Of a stretch of 64,000 nt of DNA, positions 1 to 12,000 are shown one piece after another. The DNA is taken from the NCBI GenBank assembly GCA_028715415.1, contig JAQURX010000002.1:119144-183143 (forward strand), in the 5' to 3' direction. The stretch's first letter is position 1; each line of letters opens with the position of its first letter. A model generated the notes under the pieces. It was not told the origin of the DNA. It saw only the letters and a list, made by a program, of their open reading frames with translations, and did no database searches. This DNA comes from Candidatus Omnitrophota bacterium. GTDB taxonomy: Bacteria > Omnitrophota > Gorgyraeia > Gygaellales > Profunditerraquicolaceae. The translations under genes and the position numbers were made by a program.

Positions 1-2
1 AA

Positions 3-3000
3 AGAGGGATTGCCCATGAACAATTTACGCATGCAGAATTTAATTCAGATGCTTTTATTCAAAGGTTTTGGGATGAGAAAAGATGGGGTAGGCCATTTTA
101 CGCTTTAGCTAAGGAGGTGCCAAAATGTACAAAGCAGAGCAGCTCGAATTTACCAGGGTTATGCCCAGAAAAGACGGTATCTTTGTGGATGCGAAGTATA
201 ATAATTGGCATTACGAGTTTCATTTCCTTATTCAGCAAGACGGTAAAGTTAAAGGCGAAACAAGCACTGGCAGTTGGCTTGAACTTAGCAAAGAATTTAG
301 CAGCCTCGTTGTTAAGAGGGCTCGTTTCGTTATCGCTAATCAAGCAAAACTTATCCATCTTTAGCTTTGCTCAAGACGGATTTTTATTACCTGAAAAGAA
401 AGCGCTTTCCCTAGATAACTGCGTAAACCCAAGATTAAGGATTTTGATTGTGGATGATCAAAAATGCAACCTTGAAATAATAAGTGAAATATTAACAGGT
501 TTTGATTCATTAATAGAAATTACTACTGCAGAGAATGGAGAAAAGGCGTTAGATTTATTTAGTAAAACAGAATTTGACGCGGTGATTACTGACAAGGAGA
601 TGCCAGGAATAAGCGGCCTTTGGTTAGCTTACGAAATCCGAAAAAAGAATCCTAATGTTATTATTTTATTGGCAACTACTAAACCAAAAGACGAAACTAT
701 ATCTGATTATATACGCAGAGGAATTTTAGATGGATATATAGAAAAAAGTTATGTTGATGAGAAAATCTGGGGTGATCAACTAGAGCAAATAAAACGAAAA
801 ATATCGGGAAGACAGGCACAGGCCAAAGATTCTAATAGCGATGGGCAAGTTAACTTACAAGCTTTAAGCCCTGTCTTTTTAGCAATGATTTTGGATTCCA
901 TCCATAGCGTTATTAGTAACCATTTATTTTTCGGTTTATCTATTGTTGCTATGGTAATTGTAGCTGATTTAGGAACGAAAATGTGGGTGTGGCATAAATT
1001 GCTATTAGGTTCGGAAGTTACTGATGACCAAGGGCCTCTTAAGGATGTTGTGAAGGGGAGCTATTATCTTCATAAATCATTCTCCAGGTTTAGTTTTACT
1101 CTGTTTTCAGTCAGCATGGTGATTGGTTTTGTTTGCGTTCAATCGGTTCAAGGCGCAAATTATTTCTTTATAGCTAGCTCTGCTATTACATTAGGAGCAG
1201 TAATATCGCAAACAATCGACTGTTTTATTAATAAAGGTGGAGTTACTGATTGGATAATCTTAAAAAGACAAGTAACGAATATCGCAGATATTATGTTGTT
1301 GGCTAGTCTTTTAGTATTATTTATCGGATTTACAGTTGATATTATCAAACATTGTTTAGTAGAAGTAGATGTCCCATCTATTTTCATTTCTTTAAGCGCG
1401 ATAAATTGCATAGGCGCCTGTTTTAATAATACATATATTTCATGCCCCGCTGCAAAGTTCGTTAGAAAAAGCAATGTTTACCTCTCCGTGGCTGGTGGGG
1501 AACATTCGCTTCTTTGCAACGGGGCGTGGTCTGTTAAGGATAATGACACTCGTGCTTATCCTGCGAAGGCAAGAACGGCAATTAAAAAACCCACCGTGAC
1601 ATTATCAAAGAAAAATGGTAAAGGAAAACTTAAGATTGAAGAAATAAACTATCGGGTTCCCGGCAATCAAATTGAAAGATTAAATACTGAGGAAGAAAAC
1701 GCTTTACCTGAAAAAGTTGCTGATATCCTGGATGGCATTTTAACGCATGCCCCGCCGCATAAAGGGATTAAAATTATTATCACCGGAGAGCGCAATAAAC
1801 AGGTATTCAGCATTGATCGGGAAGGAAATATCCTTGTTTTTACGATACACTGGGTTTTATTAAGAGAAGACTTTGCCAACGGTATTGCCCACAGGCTTAC
1901 AGATATCCGTAAGATTGTTGAGGACGCGAAAGCAGTTATCCGTGATGATATTAAACAGCATGAGAAATGGGAATTAAACGGTATTAATTCAGGTTTGTCA
2001 AAAGAAATAGCCCATCGTATTGCCTGCGAAAAGAGCGTAGAGTATTTTAAAAATCATAAAAGAGAATTGATTGATTTCTTATCCGCAGTGCAAAAATGTA
2101 AATTAGATTTAACCTTGGATGAAACATACGAAAGACAGCTTTTAGAGCTTGCGTTAGAGGAAAATTGTTTAGTTACCGCGTTTGCAGAGGTTCTGTCCGT
2201 TCATAGAAGAATTTCCGAAGAAGTTAGTTATATCGCAAAAACCATTACAAATGAAGATGGCGATATTTGCTTGCAGGATTTACGCTTTTGGCATGGCAAA
2301 ACTTTATTACCTCTTGCAAAGTCGCTTAAGATTATTCATCAAAAAATCTTGTCAGAAAGAGAAGGATTGGTTTGTAATTCAAGTTTCCGTATTGCCTGCG
2401 GTAAGATAGAGATAGACTTTGCTTTTAAAGCAGGGAAAAACCATATTATGATTGTCAGGTCAGACCACGGAGATTGGCATGCTTATGCAGACGAAGAAAA
2501 TTTGTTCAGCGCTCCGGGTTCTAAAGGTGATGCAGGCTTAATCAGTGCTTACCAGACTTTGCTTAACAATCCTAAAGAAATTGAGTATGTAGGTATAGAG
2601 GAGGATAAAGATTTTTCCGCGAAATTAGCGGCGCTCAATGCTTTAAATAAAGAAAAAGGCTCTAATAAGGTTATTGAAAATGTCCTGAATGACCCTGAAT
2701 TTAAGAGAAGAGTATTCTCAATCATCAGGGCTCAGGACAGGCAAGATGATACGGGCGGATATTCTGTGGATAGGCAATGGGCAGAAAAGATTAAGGAAGA
2801 AGTTTTAAATCGCGCAGTTGATGTAATTAAAGACAGGGACATTTTTATCCTGCAGATGGAATATGAGTTATCCGCAAGGTTCTTAAAAGAATTTTGCGAG
2901 TATTTACAGCTTAAAAAAGGCTGTACTTACGATGATGCAATTTACAATACAGGCGAACTTGCAAAGCTTCTAATGGCAGGCGGGTTAGGGAGTTTTAAGC

Positions 3001-6000
3001 CTGATTTAGTAAGAGGATGGTATCAGGTTCTTGAAGAGCACTTGGGGAGTATTGAAGCATTAAATAGATTGCATGTTTTTGGCATTATGTATTCTCAGGC
3101 GATAAAAGGACAGGGTGCAGTTAAGCCTAGAGGCGCTATTGCAAATGAAGACATGGCTGATATTGTGCGAAAGTGTTTAATTAAAATTAAAACCTTTAAA
3201 GATATAGAAATTAATATGAATGGGGTAGATAAGGTTGATGTAGAGATTTATATGAATCCGTATTCTGAATTAAAAGAGTATTGGATTTATGATATACCGA
3301 ATCCCGTTACCGGCCAGAGGGTTTTTCATGAAGCATATTGTGGCGGGGCTGATGATGATTACCGCGCTATCCAGACATTGCTTTATCGGAAAGTTGTCTT
3401 GAGGTTTATTAAGGAAGGTGTTACTGAAGGGTCTATAAGCCGTAGAATGTTATTTTCTACAAGTGAAATAAACAGTACTCTTGTTATTCCGGAAGTTGTT
3501 GAGGATGAATTTGAACACGATGTGGATTTTAAGGAGTTATTAATCCATCATTATAACCATACAATTGTTCCTGCAGGCATGCCTTTATATAATTGGTATA
3601 TGTTTCATGCTTTAAAAATCGCAAAGCAGTTTTCAGACTGTATTTATAACGGCAAGGTAGATTTGGTTAGGATTACTGGTAGGGTCAGCCATATAATCAC
3701 AGGATGTTCTACAGCCCATACAAAGATATTAAGAGAAGAAATATTTAGAGAGTTCGCGGATAAAGTAACTGAAGATGAATTATTCGGCAATAGCGAAGGC
3801 TCGGATGTGGAACGTTGGCAGGGTGAAGAAATCCAAGCCTTGATTAAGGCGTATATGTTAGTTACAAAGGCCGCTACATACAGCGATTTGTTTAATGCTT
3901 TAGATAATGATAAAAAACTAAAAGCAGTTTTTATTAAAAAACTGCTAGAAATCAAGAAAAGGCAGAAGCAACTTTTTATTGATGAACTGTTTAAAGGTAC
4001 TTTTGGCCAGATTGATGTAACTAAGGATGATCTTAAAGCTGCCGGGACATCGTTGATTGATCGGCCGTTCTTTACTTTCGTAAGAAGGTTTGTTGATTAT
4101 AAGTGCGGTGATTTTATTGTAGATGTTTTATATGACCAGAATTTTAGAGAAAGAATTGTTAAGTCAGGAGCGGTAATCCTTATCGGTGGTAGAAAATTCG
4201 GCTCTTTTGCTGACATACAGCACCGCAGAATTCAGGATTTAATCAAAATAGACCCTCGGATGAAATATCATATTGTTTTTGTATCCAACCATAATGTCGC
4301 AACCTCCTGGATAATTCAGCAAGGCACTAATTTCGGAGGCATGCTTTCATGGATGGGTAAAGAAGCAGGGCCTACAAGCTTTGGTAATGCCCAGCAAAAC
4401 GGTGCTCCAAGCTTTGCTTCTCCTGACGGGGTAATTGTTGAAAGGGTTAAGGCGGTTGAGAGAGATGCCGAAGGTAATATTATAAATGGCACAGGTTATA
4501 TTGTTAATTATGGGCAAGAACGTTCATTTTCCGGAGATATCAAACCTGACAGAGAATCATTTGTCGCGAACATGGAAACTGCATGCGGGGATTATTTTAG
4601 GTCCGAGAATTACGGGGTTCTTGCTTATAATGCTTTGAGAATGGGCTTGGGCCAAGGCGACATAAGAAACCAGGCTAAGGGTTTAATTTGTGTCTGGGCA
4701 AAGATGTGTGAATCATTTGATCCTAACCAGCAATATTATAGAGTTGGGGTAGGTTCCGATATTGGAGTAGCTACAAGCCGTCTTAAGCCAGTTGGTTCGG
4801 AAGAAAAAGATATTATGCCGGATGGTGTAGTTATGCTTAAATTAAACTCTGATTTTAACGTTGGAATTAATACTGGTAATGATCGAGTTAATCAATGGTT
4901 TAAAGAGAATGCTCCAGCAATAAATAGTCGTTTTAAGGGCATGGCTAGCGATTCAAGATTAAAAGATTTAGCAGGGATGATTGAAGCTAATCCGGAAATA
5001 AAAGCCATATTTACTGCTAACGCTGAATTTGTCGGCCAAGTTATAAATAGAATTGCTTTATTCCACTGGTCGATGATTACGCGCGCGCCTCCGCTTTTGG
5101 CTCAATTGGTTGTCGTTGAAGAAATCCTGCATTATTATTTCCCCGGACAAAATGAGTTAGTACATAGTGTCATTGATGATTATATCAGAGTAAATTTGGC
5201 AACGTCCTTCCATGAAGCAATCCAAAACGCTAAACAATATGGTATTCATCCTGTAGATGCATGGGGCCAGGAAGATGCCCTCCAGCTTTATAACAGATCG
5301 CCGTATAATCACGCAAAGCATATGGAAGTGGTTATTAAGGCTGATGTTGATATGGCAGGGGATGAATTTGCGATTCAAATACTCAAATGGCTGCAATACT
5401 GGTTTATGCGTGTATCTCCTACTTCTCAAATCGGTATTCAGCTCTGCACAGGTGAGAGCCCGTTTATCGGATACCGTAAGATCGGAGAAATCCTGAAGAA
5501 TTGGGATACTAGAGAAGTACAAGAGTTTTTGCGGGCAAATGGTTTGGATACAGCCTTAAAGCCGGATATGAGAAGGGTTGTTGTTTTTGCCGTAGATGCG
5601 ATGTTTCCTCAGAAACGTACCGACTATTTTTCTTTCGCGAATTTACTTAATAGCGTATGTGACCTGTGGGGTGTGCCAAATGAAAATCGTAATCTATTCT
5701 ATGGCGATATATATGTTAGTTATGAAAATGGTAAGTGGCAGGAAAGCATCATTCCTGATAATGAATATGCAGAGATCTTAAATAGTATTGATAGGGAAGG
5801 TTTGCAGATTTTGGAATTCCAGGCAGCATGTTTGTTGGAGCGCGACCACGCCAAGAGAGATTTGCGTGGTTTTGCTTTTAATTCTGACCTTGTGCGTCAA
5901 GGCAAAAAAGTCTTTGGGCATATGTTGAGAAGAAACAATCGCGGTGACTTTGAAATTATAAAAAGAGAGATAAAACCGCTTTCTCCGGATCACATACAAT

Positions 6001-9000
6001 ATAAATATCTTGAGGGTATGCGCTTGCAGGCAGTGATGATGCATGAACGTTTAGCAGAATTTGGTGGTGCGCATATTACATTGCTTGGCGAAGGGCCATC
6101 GAATGATGGTGAGGGGCATATGGGATTCTGTGAAAGCGGAACTCATCCGAAACAGGCCTGTTTTATCGGAGCTATACATGATTTTGATGCCACATTCCAT
6201 ATCTGCGGTGCACATGCTAAAGAATTCTACGGCTTAAAGAAAATGTTCGTAGAGGTTGGAAATATACGTAAACCGAAATTCGCTTTTATCACTTATGGCC
6301 CGGCTGAATTTATGTATCGCCAAAATAAACATTCTCCACAGAGGGATATTGATAATGAAGTTACAGTTTTGGTTATTTCAACAGGTAATGTCAAGAGCCG
6401 GACTAACTTAAGGGCAATAGAAATGCCACAGGATATTACTTGTCCGATAAGCCTTGCTCAGGGTAGTAAAGGTAAATTTATTTTAGATGCAGCTGCAGCC
6501 AGGGAGTTAAGGGTAGTAAGATTCCCATGGGAATTCCAGATTATGCGCCGCGAATTCTGGAATTTATCAAATGCACGAAAATACTTCATACAAATCGCAA
6601 AGAGCTTAGGTTGTAAGATTGCAAATATCAGCATTAGGACTGCTGCCCGCCATTGGAGAAAAGATAGTTCTGCTATGCAGGAGATCCGTAAGAATAGACT
6701 ACATAATATCAAAGGATTGATTTCAGCTATTTCCGAATCTGGCCGCGAGCCTCGTCAGGTTGTGGAGGATGTTATGAAGGATATACTTTCAGGCATAATC
6801 CGACCGGAGCAAATCGTAGAAAAACTCCGAGAATATGGTATTCATCCGGGAGATCCGCTGCTTTTAGCCAATCCGCATATGGACGATGAGTTCTTAGCCA
6901 AAATGCATCTTATTCAAGTAATGGCTAAGCATTATAAATTAAAAGCTTATTATAGTTCGTTTGGATACACAGCTGTGTATAGTGATTACGTCTTAGGGTT
7001 GTTAGATTTTGCCAGCAAATTAAAGCCCGAAGAAATCAAAAGCTTAACTCCTGAAAAAAGAAAAAGTCTTGTTAAAGAATTGGTTAAAGAACAGAGTAAC
7101 TTTAAGCATGTCCCGGAATTCGATTATGAAGTCTTGCCGCATATGAGCGATAGAGAAAAAGCTCTTCGTGCGAAAGTATTGTTAATTGATTTAAATGAGA
7201 GGTTTGAATCGGCATTTGATACAGTTAATAAGATTGAACAATTAATAGAATTCCTGCGGCAAGTGGAGAAACGAAAACCGCGCGACGGTGGCGTGGATAT
7301 TGATTTTATGCGTTATGCGAAAACAACAGTCAGGTTTACCGAAGCTCAATCAGCATTGATGTCTTTGGGCATTAAATACGAAAATGTTTATTGGCCTTTA
7401 GATGTAAGTTTCTACGGCACTCCAGGCAGGCCTTTGGCAATAAGCAGAGCTGATATTGATAAAATCAAGAATATGATTCGGGATGCAGACCCAAGGATGA
7501 TTATATTCAATGGCGAACGCTTCCCGGATTTCGGCGGGCATTCTAATAACGAAATTGGTATTTGTATTGCGTTACGTGAGCTACTCAATGAAGCCCCGGA
7601 TACTGCGGCAAGAAAGAGAATTGAAGATATTATATTATTCCAATGGGCTGGTGTTTGGGATAGGATCAGTGCTGAAGATGCTAATTTGAGCGTGGTGCTT
7701 ACCAAGGATGAAATCAACGATTTTATTAAGGCATTTATTTATTACTATAGGACACAAGCACCTTACGCGCCTGTTCTTAATGCTTCTTCAAGAAAGCCTC
7801 AATCATTTGCTCATGATGTAAGGGTTAATGCCCATATCTCCGCACAAGAAATGCTTGATTTGATTGATTTGCCTCTTAAGATGTCGTCTATGCTTAGGAA
7901 CGGAGGGGGTATTTTACATTATAGATTGACCCGCTTAGGTGACTCTACGACATTACAGGAATTTGAAACTAAACAACGTACATTAGTTCGTTCTATGACC
8001 AGTATCAATTGTTCAAGCAATGCCGCAATGAATGGCCCTGCGCCATATCCTCAGGCTCTGGATAAAATTTCACAATATTTAAGAGAAGAGATGTTTGCTG
8101 TCGGAGCGATATCTTCCCGTGAGGCGCATTTATTCGAGTCTGGAACTAAGTCAATAGTTTTGGGCTGCAATTTGTTCTTAGTGCAGATTTGGAATTTTAT
8201 AGAAAAATTGATAAAGATGAGTTTATTGCCGCGGCCGTATCTTTCTTTAGGGCCAGTTCCCTTTGAAGTCACAAAAGGCGGCAGGTTTACGACAAACTAT
8301 AATTGCATTGCTTGCTTTATGGATAAAGATAAGCGTGATGAGGCGATTAAGTGGTTAAGCGCTGAAGGCGGCATAGAAGCAATGAAGGCTATGTTATATG
8401 TTTATCAGGTTGTGGCTGAACCTGTTAAGCCCATGTTGGATGTATTAAAAGAGCGATGGAGTTGTTTGGGTTGGCTTCCTAATGGGCAGTTTAATTTTAA
8501 CCAAAATGCCTCTGAAACCAAACTTCTTTTAGAAGGCATAAAAATTTGTTTAAGCAATATTGTAAGCGAGAAGAGTATAGATTTAGAAAAATGCCCACGT
8601 AAACGTGAGGGCACAAGAGCAGGGTTTTTGGTCCAATGGATGATAAAGGCTGCCCGTGAAAATATCCCACACGATAAAAGTTTTGCGTTGATTAAAGAGG
8701 TATTGTTAAAATATCCGGAAAAATCATTGCCTGTGCTGCAGACTAATTTGAAGAAAATTGTTTTAAATTTTTCTTTACGCAGCATATTGCAAGATATCGC
8801 TAAGCAGATTGAAGAAAATGAAAGAGAGCATACTTTAAGCCGTCAGTATTCCTCCGCTGGAATATGTTTCTTCTTTGTTCCGAGCGGGCAGCAAATCAAG
8901 GATTTAATTCACTTGTTGCATAGCGGCTTAAAAGTATTACGAAATTCAGGACTAAAGTTTATCGCGGAAGCTACGCGAAAACTAATGAAAATTGGATTAA

Positions 9001-12000
9001 TCCCGCGGCTATATTTTTCTTTGTACTCATTAGATGTCTCTAAGGGTAGCGCTAATCATGTTCCAGAGCTTCCGCTTTTTGTTTTAGCAGTGGATAATGA
9101 AGATTGGGAGTTGATGTTGCTCAAGCGAACATTAAAAGGTATTATTCCAGCCGATAAGATAATTGAGGCCTTAAGCGGCAATGAAGCATTAGAGTTATTT
9201 AAACAAAATAAAGATAAAATTAATTTAGTTATTACCGATAACAATATGCCGGGGATGTGGGGGCATGATTTAGCAGGAAAAATCAGAGAAATAGCTCCCA
9301 ATATTCTGATAATTATGCGCAGCACAGAGCCGGGAGTGAATAAGACGAAAGAAAATATTGATATATATGTTGATAAAGAAGGCGTTGATTGGAAAGTCGT
9401 AATCGCGCAAGCAAGGGGAATGGTCCAAGAGAGGTTAAGCAAGGAAGTTATTTCTCTGCCAGAGGCTGAACCTTTATTTCCTTCTGGCTTCGGTATCCCG
9501 GAACTTATCCCTGATTCAGCTTTGAACTTGGAACGTAGATTGACGGATCTTGTAATGCTTTTAAAGAGTAATGTTAATTTGTTGAGCCGTGATGAGATTA
9601 AAGAAGTAATTTTGCAAAAAGTAGTTTCTTTAGAAAAAATGCTTGAATTTTTAGCTGTAGCATTAAAACAAAACGTTAATCCTTGTTTAAGTTGTATTAC
9701 GAATATGAAATGTAAGGCTGTTGATGGAGAAGGGCAGTGCGGGAAATGTGTTGGTTTAACTAAATTCCATGTTAGGGAAATACAGGCCTTTCTTGCGGTG
9801 GCAAGAAACTTAGAGCGACTTCTAAAAAATGGCGCTTCCGGAGCAAATAGCCGAGCAGCTTTGAATTATAATCTGGATTTACTTACAGCTGCTTCGCCTT
9901 TTGCAATGCAATTAAACCAGGGAGGAGTTTACTTAGGCTGCAATCTCTTCTTGGCCGATTGGAATTATTTATTATGTAACTTAGTAAAGACTTTAATTAA
10001 GTGTTTAATATTTGATGTGATTGGGCTGCTGCGGGTTACGAAAAGGATTTGGTTCGCCTTCCGTGGCTGGTGGGGATCAAATCTTTTCGCAGCAGCCGAT
10101 TTTACTCAAGCAGTAGATCGATTGAAGATAATGCGTATCCTAATGTTACCGATGAAATTCAATCTGCTTCAAGAGAATAGAAGAAGTGAAGGGATTTATA
10201 GAATAGTTTGTAAGGCAATTCTAGATTTTATCAAGAATAAAGAAAATAAATTAAGCGAAGGACAGAGAATATATTTTCTCGATAAGAAAAGTATTGCTAG
10301 AGAATTAGAGATTCCATACGTATCGTTGCTTAGATATTTCATGGGCAATCAGGAGTTAAGAGAAGCACTGATGGAATTAAATAATAAAATAAAACAGCAT
10401 AATAAAATTCTTAAAGCTCGTAAGCTGAAAATAACTGTTGAGGTAGTAAGATTGGTGCTTGAGTTAACTCGTCAAGAGATGTCCCTTGGGAAAGCTGTGT
10501 CAAGATTAACCCAGCTTAAGTTGGCAAATCGTTTGGCAGTCTCAAATGGATATTTAGGGTTGTTCTTAAGAAAGAATGCATTTCTAAAAGGTGAGTTAAT
10601 TGATTTAAATAAACAGATAAAGGCTCATAATAAACAATTCAAACCGCTTAAGAAACATAGACATTATAAACTTTCGCCAAGGCTTAAAGAGGCACGTGAA
10701 AAATTGCTTACATTTTTAGGAGGTATAAAGCTTTGGGGTTTACCGAAAGAATTTATTCCTAAGAAAAAAGGAGTATTAAGTATCGCTGAAATAGCGAAAC
10801 TTGCGCAGGTGCATCCAAAAACCGTGCGTGCTCTCATAAAGCATAGCCGAAGTGTGAGCAAGTATTTCTCGTGTGTAAACCCAGCATTGATTATGTTGAC
10901 AACAATAGAGCCGCGCATGGACACTATTATTTTAGCCTGCTTAGGATGCTGGTTGTTTGTAAAGATTTATCAAGTAGCCAGGGATTTATTAAGAGCAAAG
11001 AAAGAGGAGGTCTTACCAATTAACGAGCTTGATTTTAATCCTGCTCAAATAATCAGCGAGAAAATTAGAATTCTGAAAGATAAAATTTCTGATCATCTTG
11101 AGATAATGAGCGGTTTAATTACAAGTTTATCTAAAGCTAAGGCAGGCGAGCTGACGGCTGAAACGAAAATTAAGCTTATGAGCTTAGAGAATAAAGTAAA
11201 ACAAATTAATGGGATTGTTTCTCAGTATGTTTATTCCTTAAACAGCCAATCTTTTGATGAAACTCAAGCTAATAGGGAAGATTTAGCTATTCTTTTAAGA
11301 ATAATAGCGGCTACTTTGAGGCATGTTATTCTTACAAGGCTTTTTATAATTCGTGTTCCTGTCAATGACAGCATTCATAGGAATCGCATAGATACAGAAG
11401 ATATTAAAACTATGCCGGAAGAATTTTTACGTATTAAAAAAGTATTTAAGCATCTTAGCAGAGTTAAGTCTGAAACGTATTTAAAAGCAGACATCTTGGA
11501 TTTATATATACCCGGAGTAACATCCGGAAATCTATCGGAATATTGCAGTTTCAAAGAATATATCGCGAGAAAGAAACTGGCATCTACACCAAAACCAGCT
11601 TTTGTTCCGCAGCGCAATATTCTTACTTCTTTTGGCCGCGTAGCTTCTGCCGCAAGAATATCTCCTATTATTATCATATGTATTGCCGGATGCACCTTAA
11701 AAGAAGATATTTATGGTATTGAACCATTTTTTGTATTGACGGCCGCAGTAATTGCATACCTTATCTATAAATTAAGAAAATCAAAGCTTACCAATGAAGA
11801 AATCATCAGGCAAAATGTAATCCAAATCTGGCAGAATAAAATTTATCTATTGATTGCAGGATTAATCGGATTGCTAGGCTTAGGTATATACGAATTAATT
11901 TCATGGGCTTATTATTCCGGTTTTGTCCCGCCGGCTGGAAATCCACCTTTTTATAAAGTCCCGTTTGGGCTTACAGTGCTTATGGGTAGTATGGCTTTTG

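Noticed and set aside
1-108. Frame-1 ORF fragment ending at TAG 106-108 (KEGLPMNNLRMQNLIQMLLFKGFGMRKDGVGHFTL*) as the 3' end of an upstream gene
   Set aside because: Frame 3 over the same bases has the giant gene's codon signature (A/T-rich third positions, about 32% G at the first position) and a more protein-like product (FTHAEFNSDAFIQRFWDEKRWGRPFYALAKE). The TAG and TAA just before the SD remain compatible with a gene boundary, so this is left as uncertainty in finding 2.
444-452. TTG 444 or GTG 450 as the true start codon of the giant gene, with AAGGA at 437-441 as an RBS
   Set aside because: Either start would delete the beta1 strand (RILIV) of the REC domain. The spacing to TTG is only 2 nt. 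Frame 3 is already open and gene-like from 363.
9060-11400. Lys-rich coiled-coil stretch with HTH-like segments (SIARELEIPYVSLLRYF, SIAEIAKLAQVHPKTVRALIKH) as a transposase or IS element remnant
   Set aside because: There are no inverted repeats, no DDE or recombinase motifs, and the stretch is continuous with the host ORF frame and codon usage. It is more likely an HTH-containing connector region of the giant protein.
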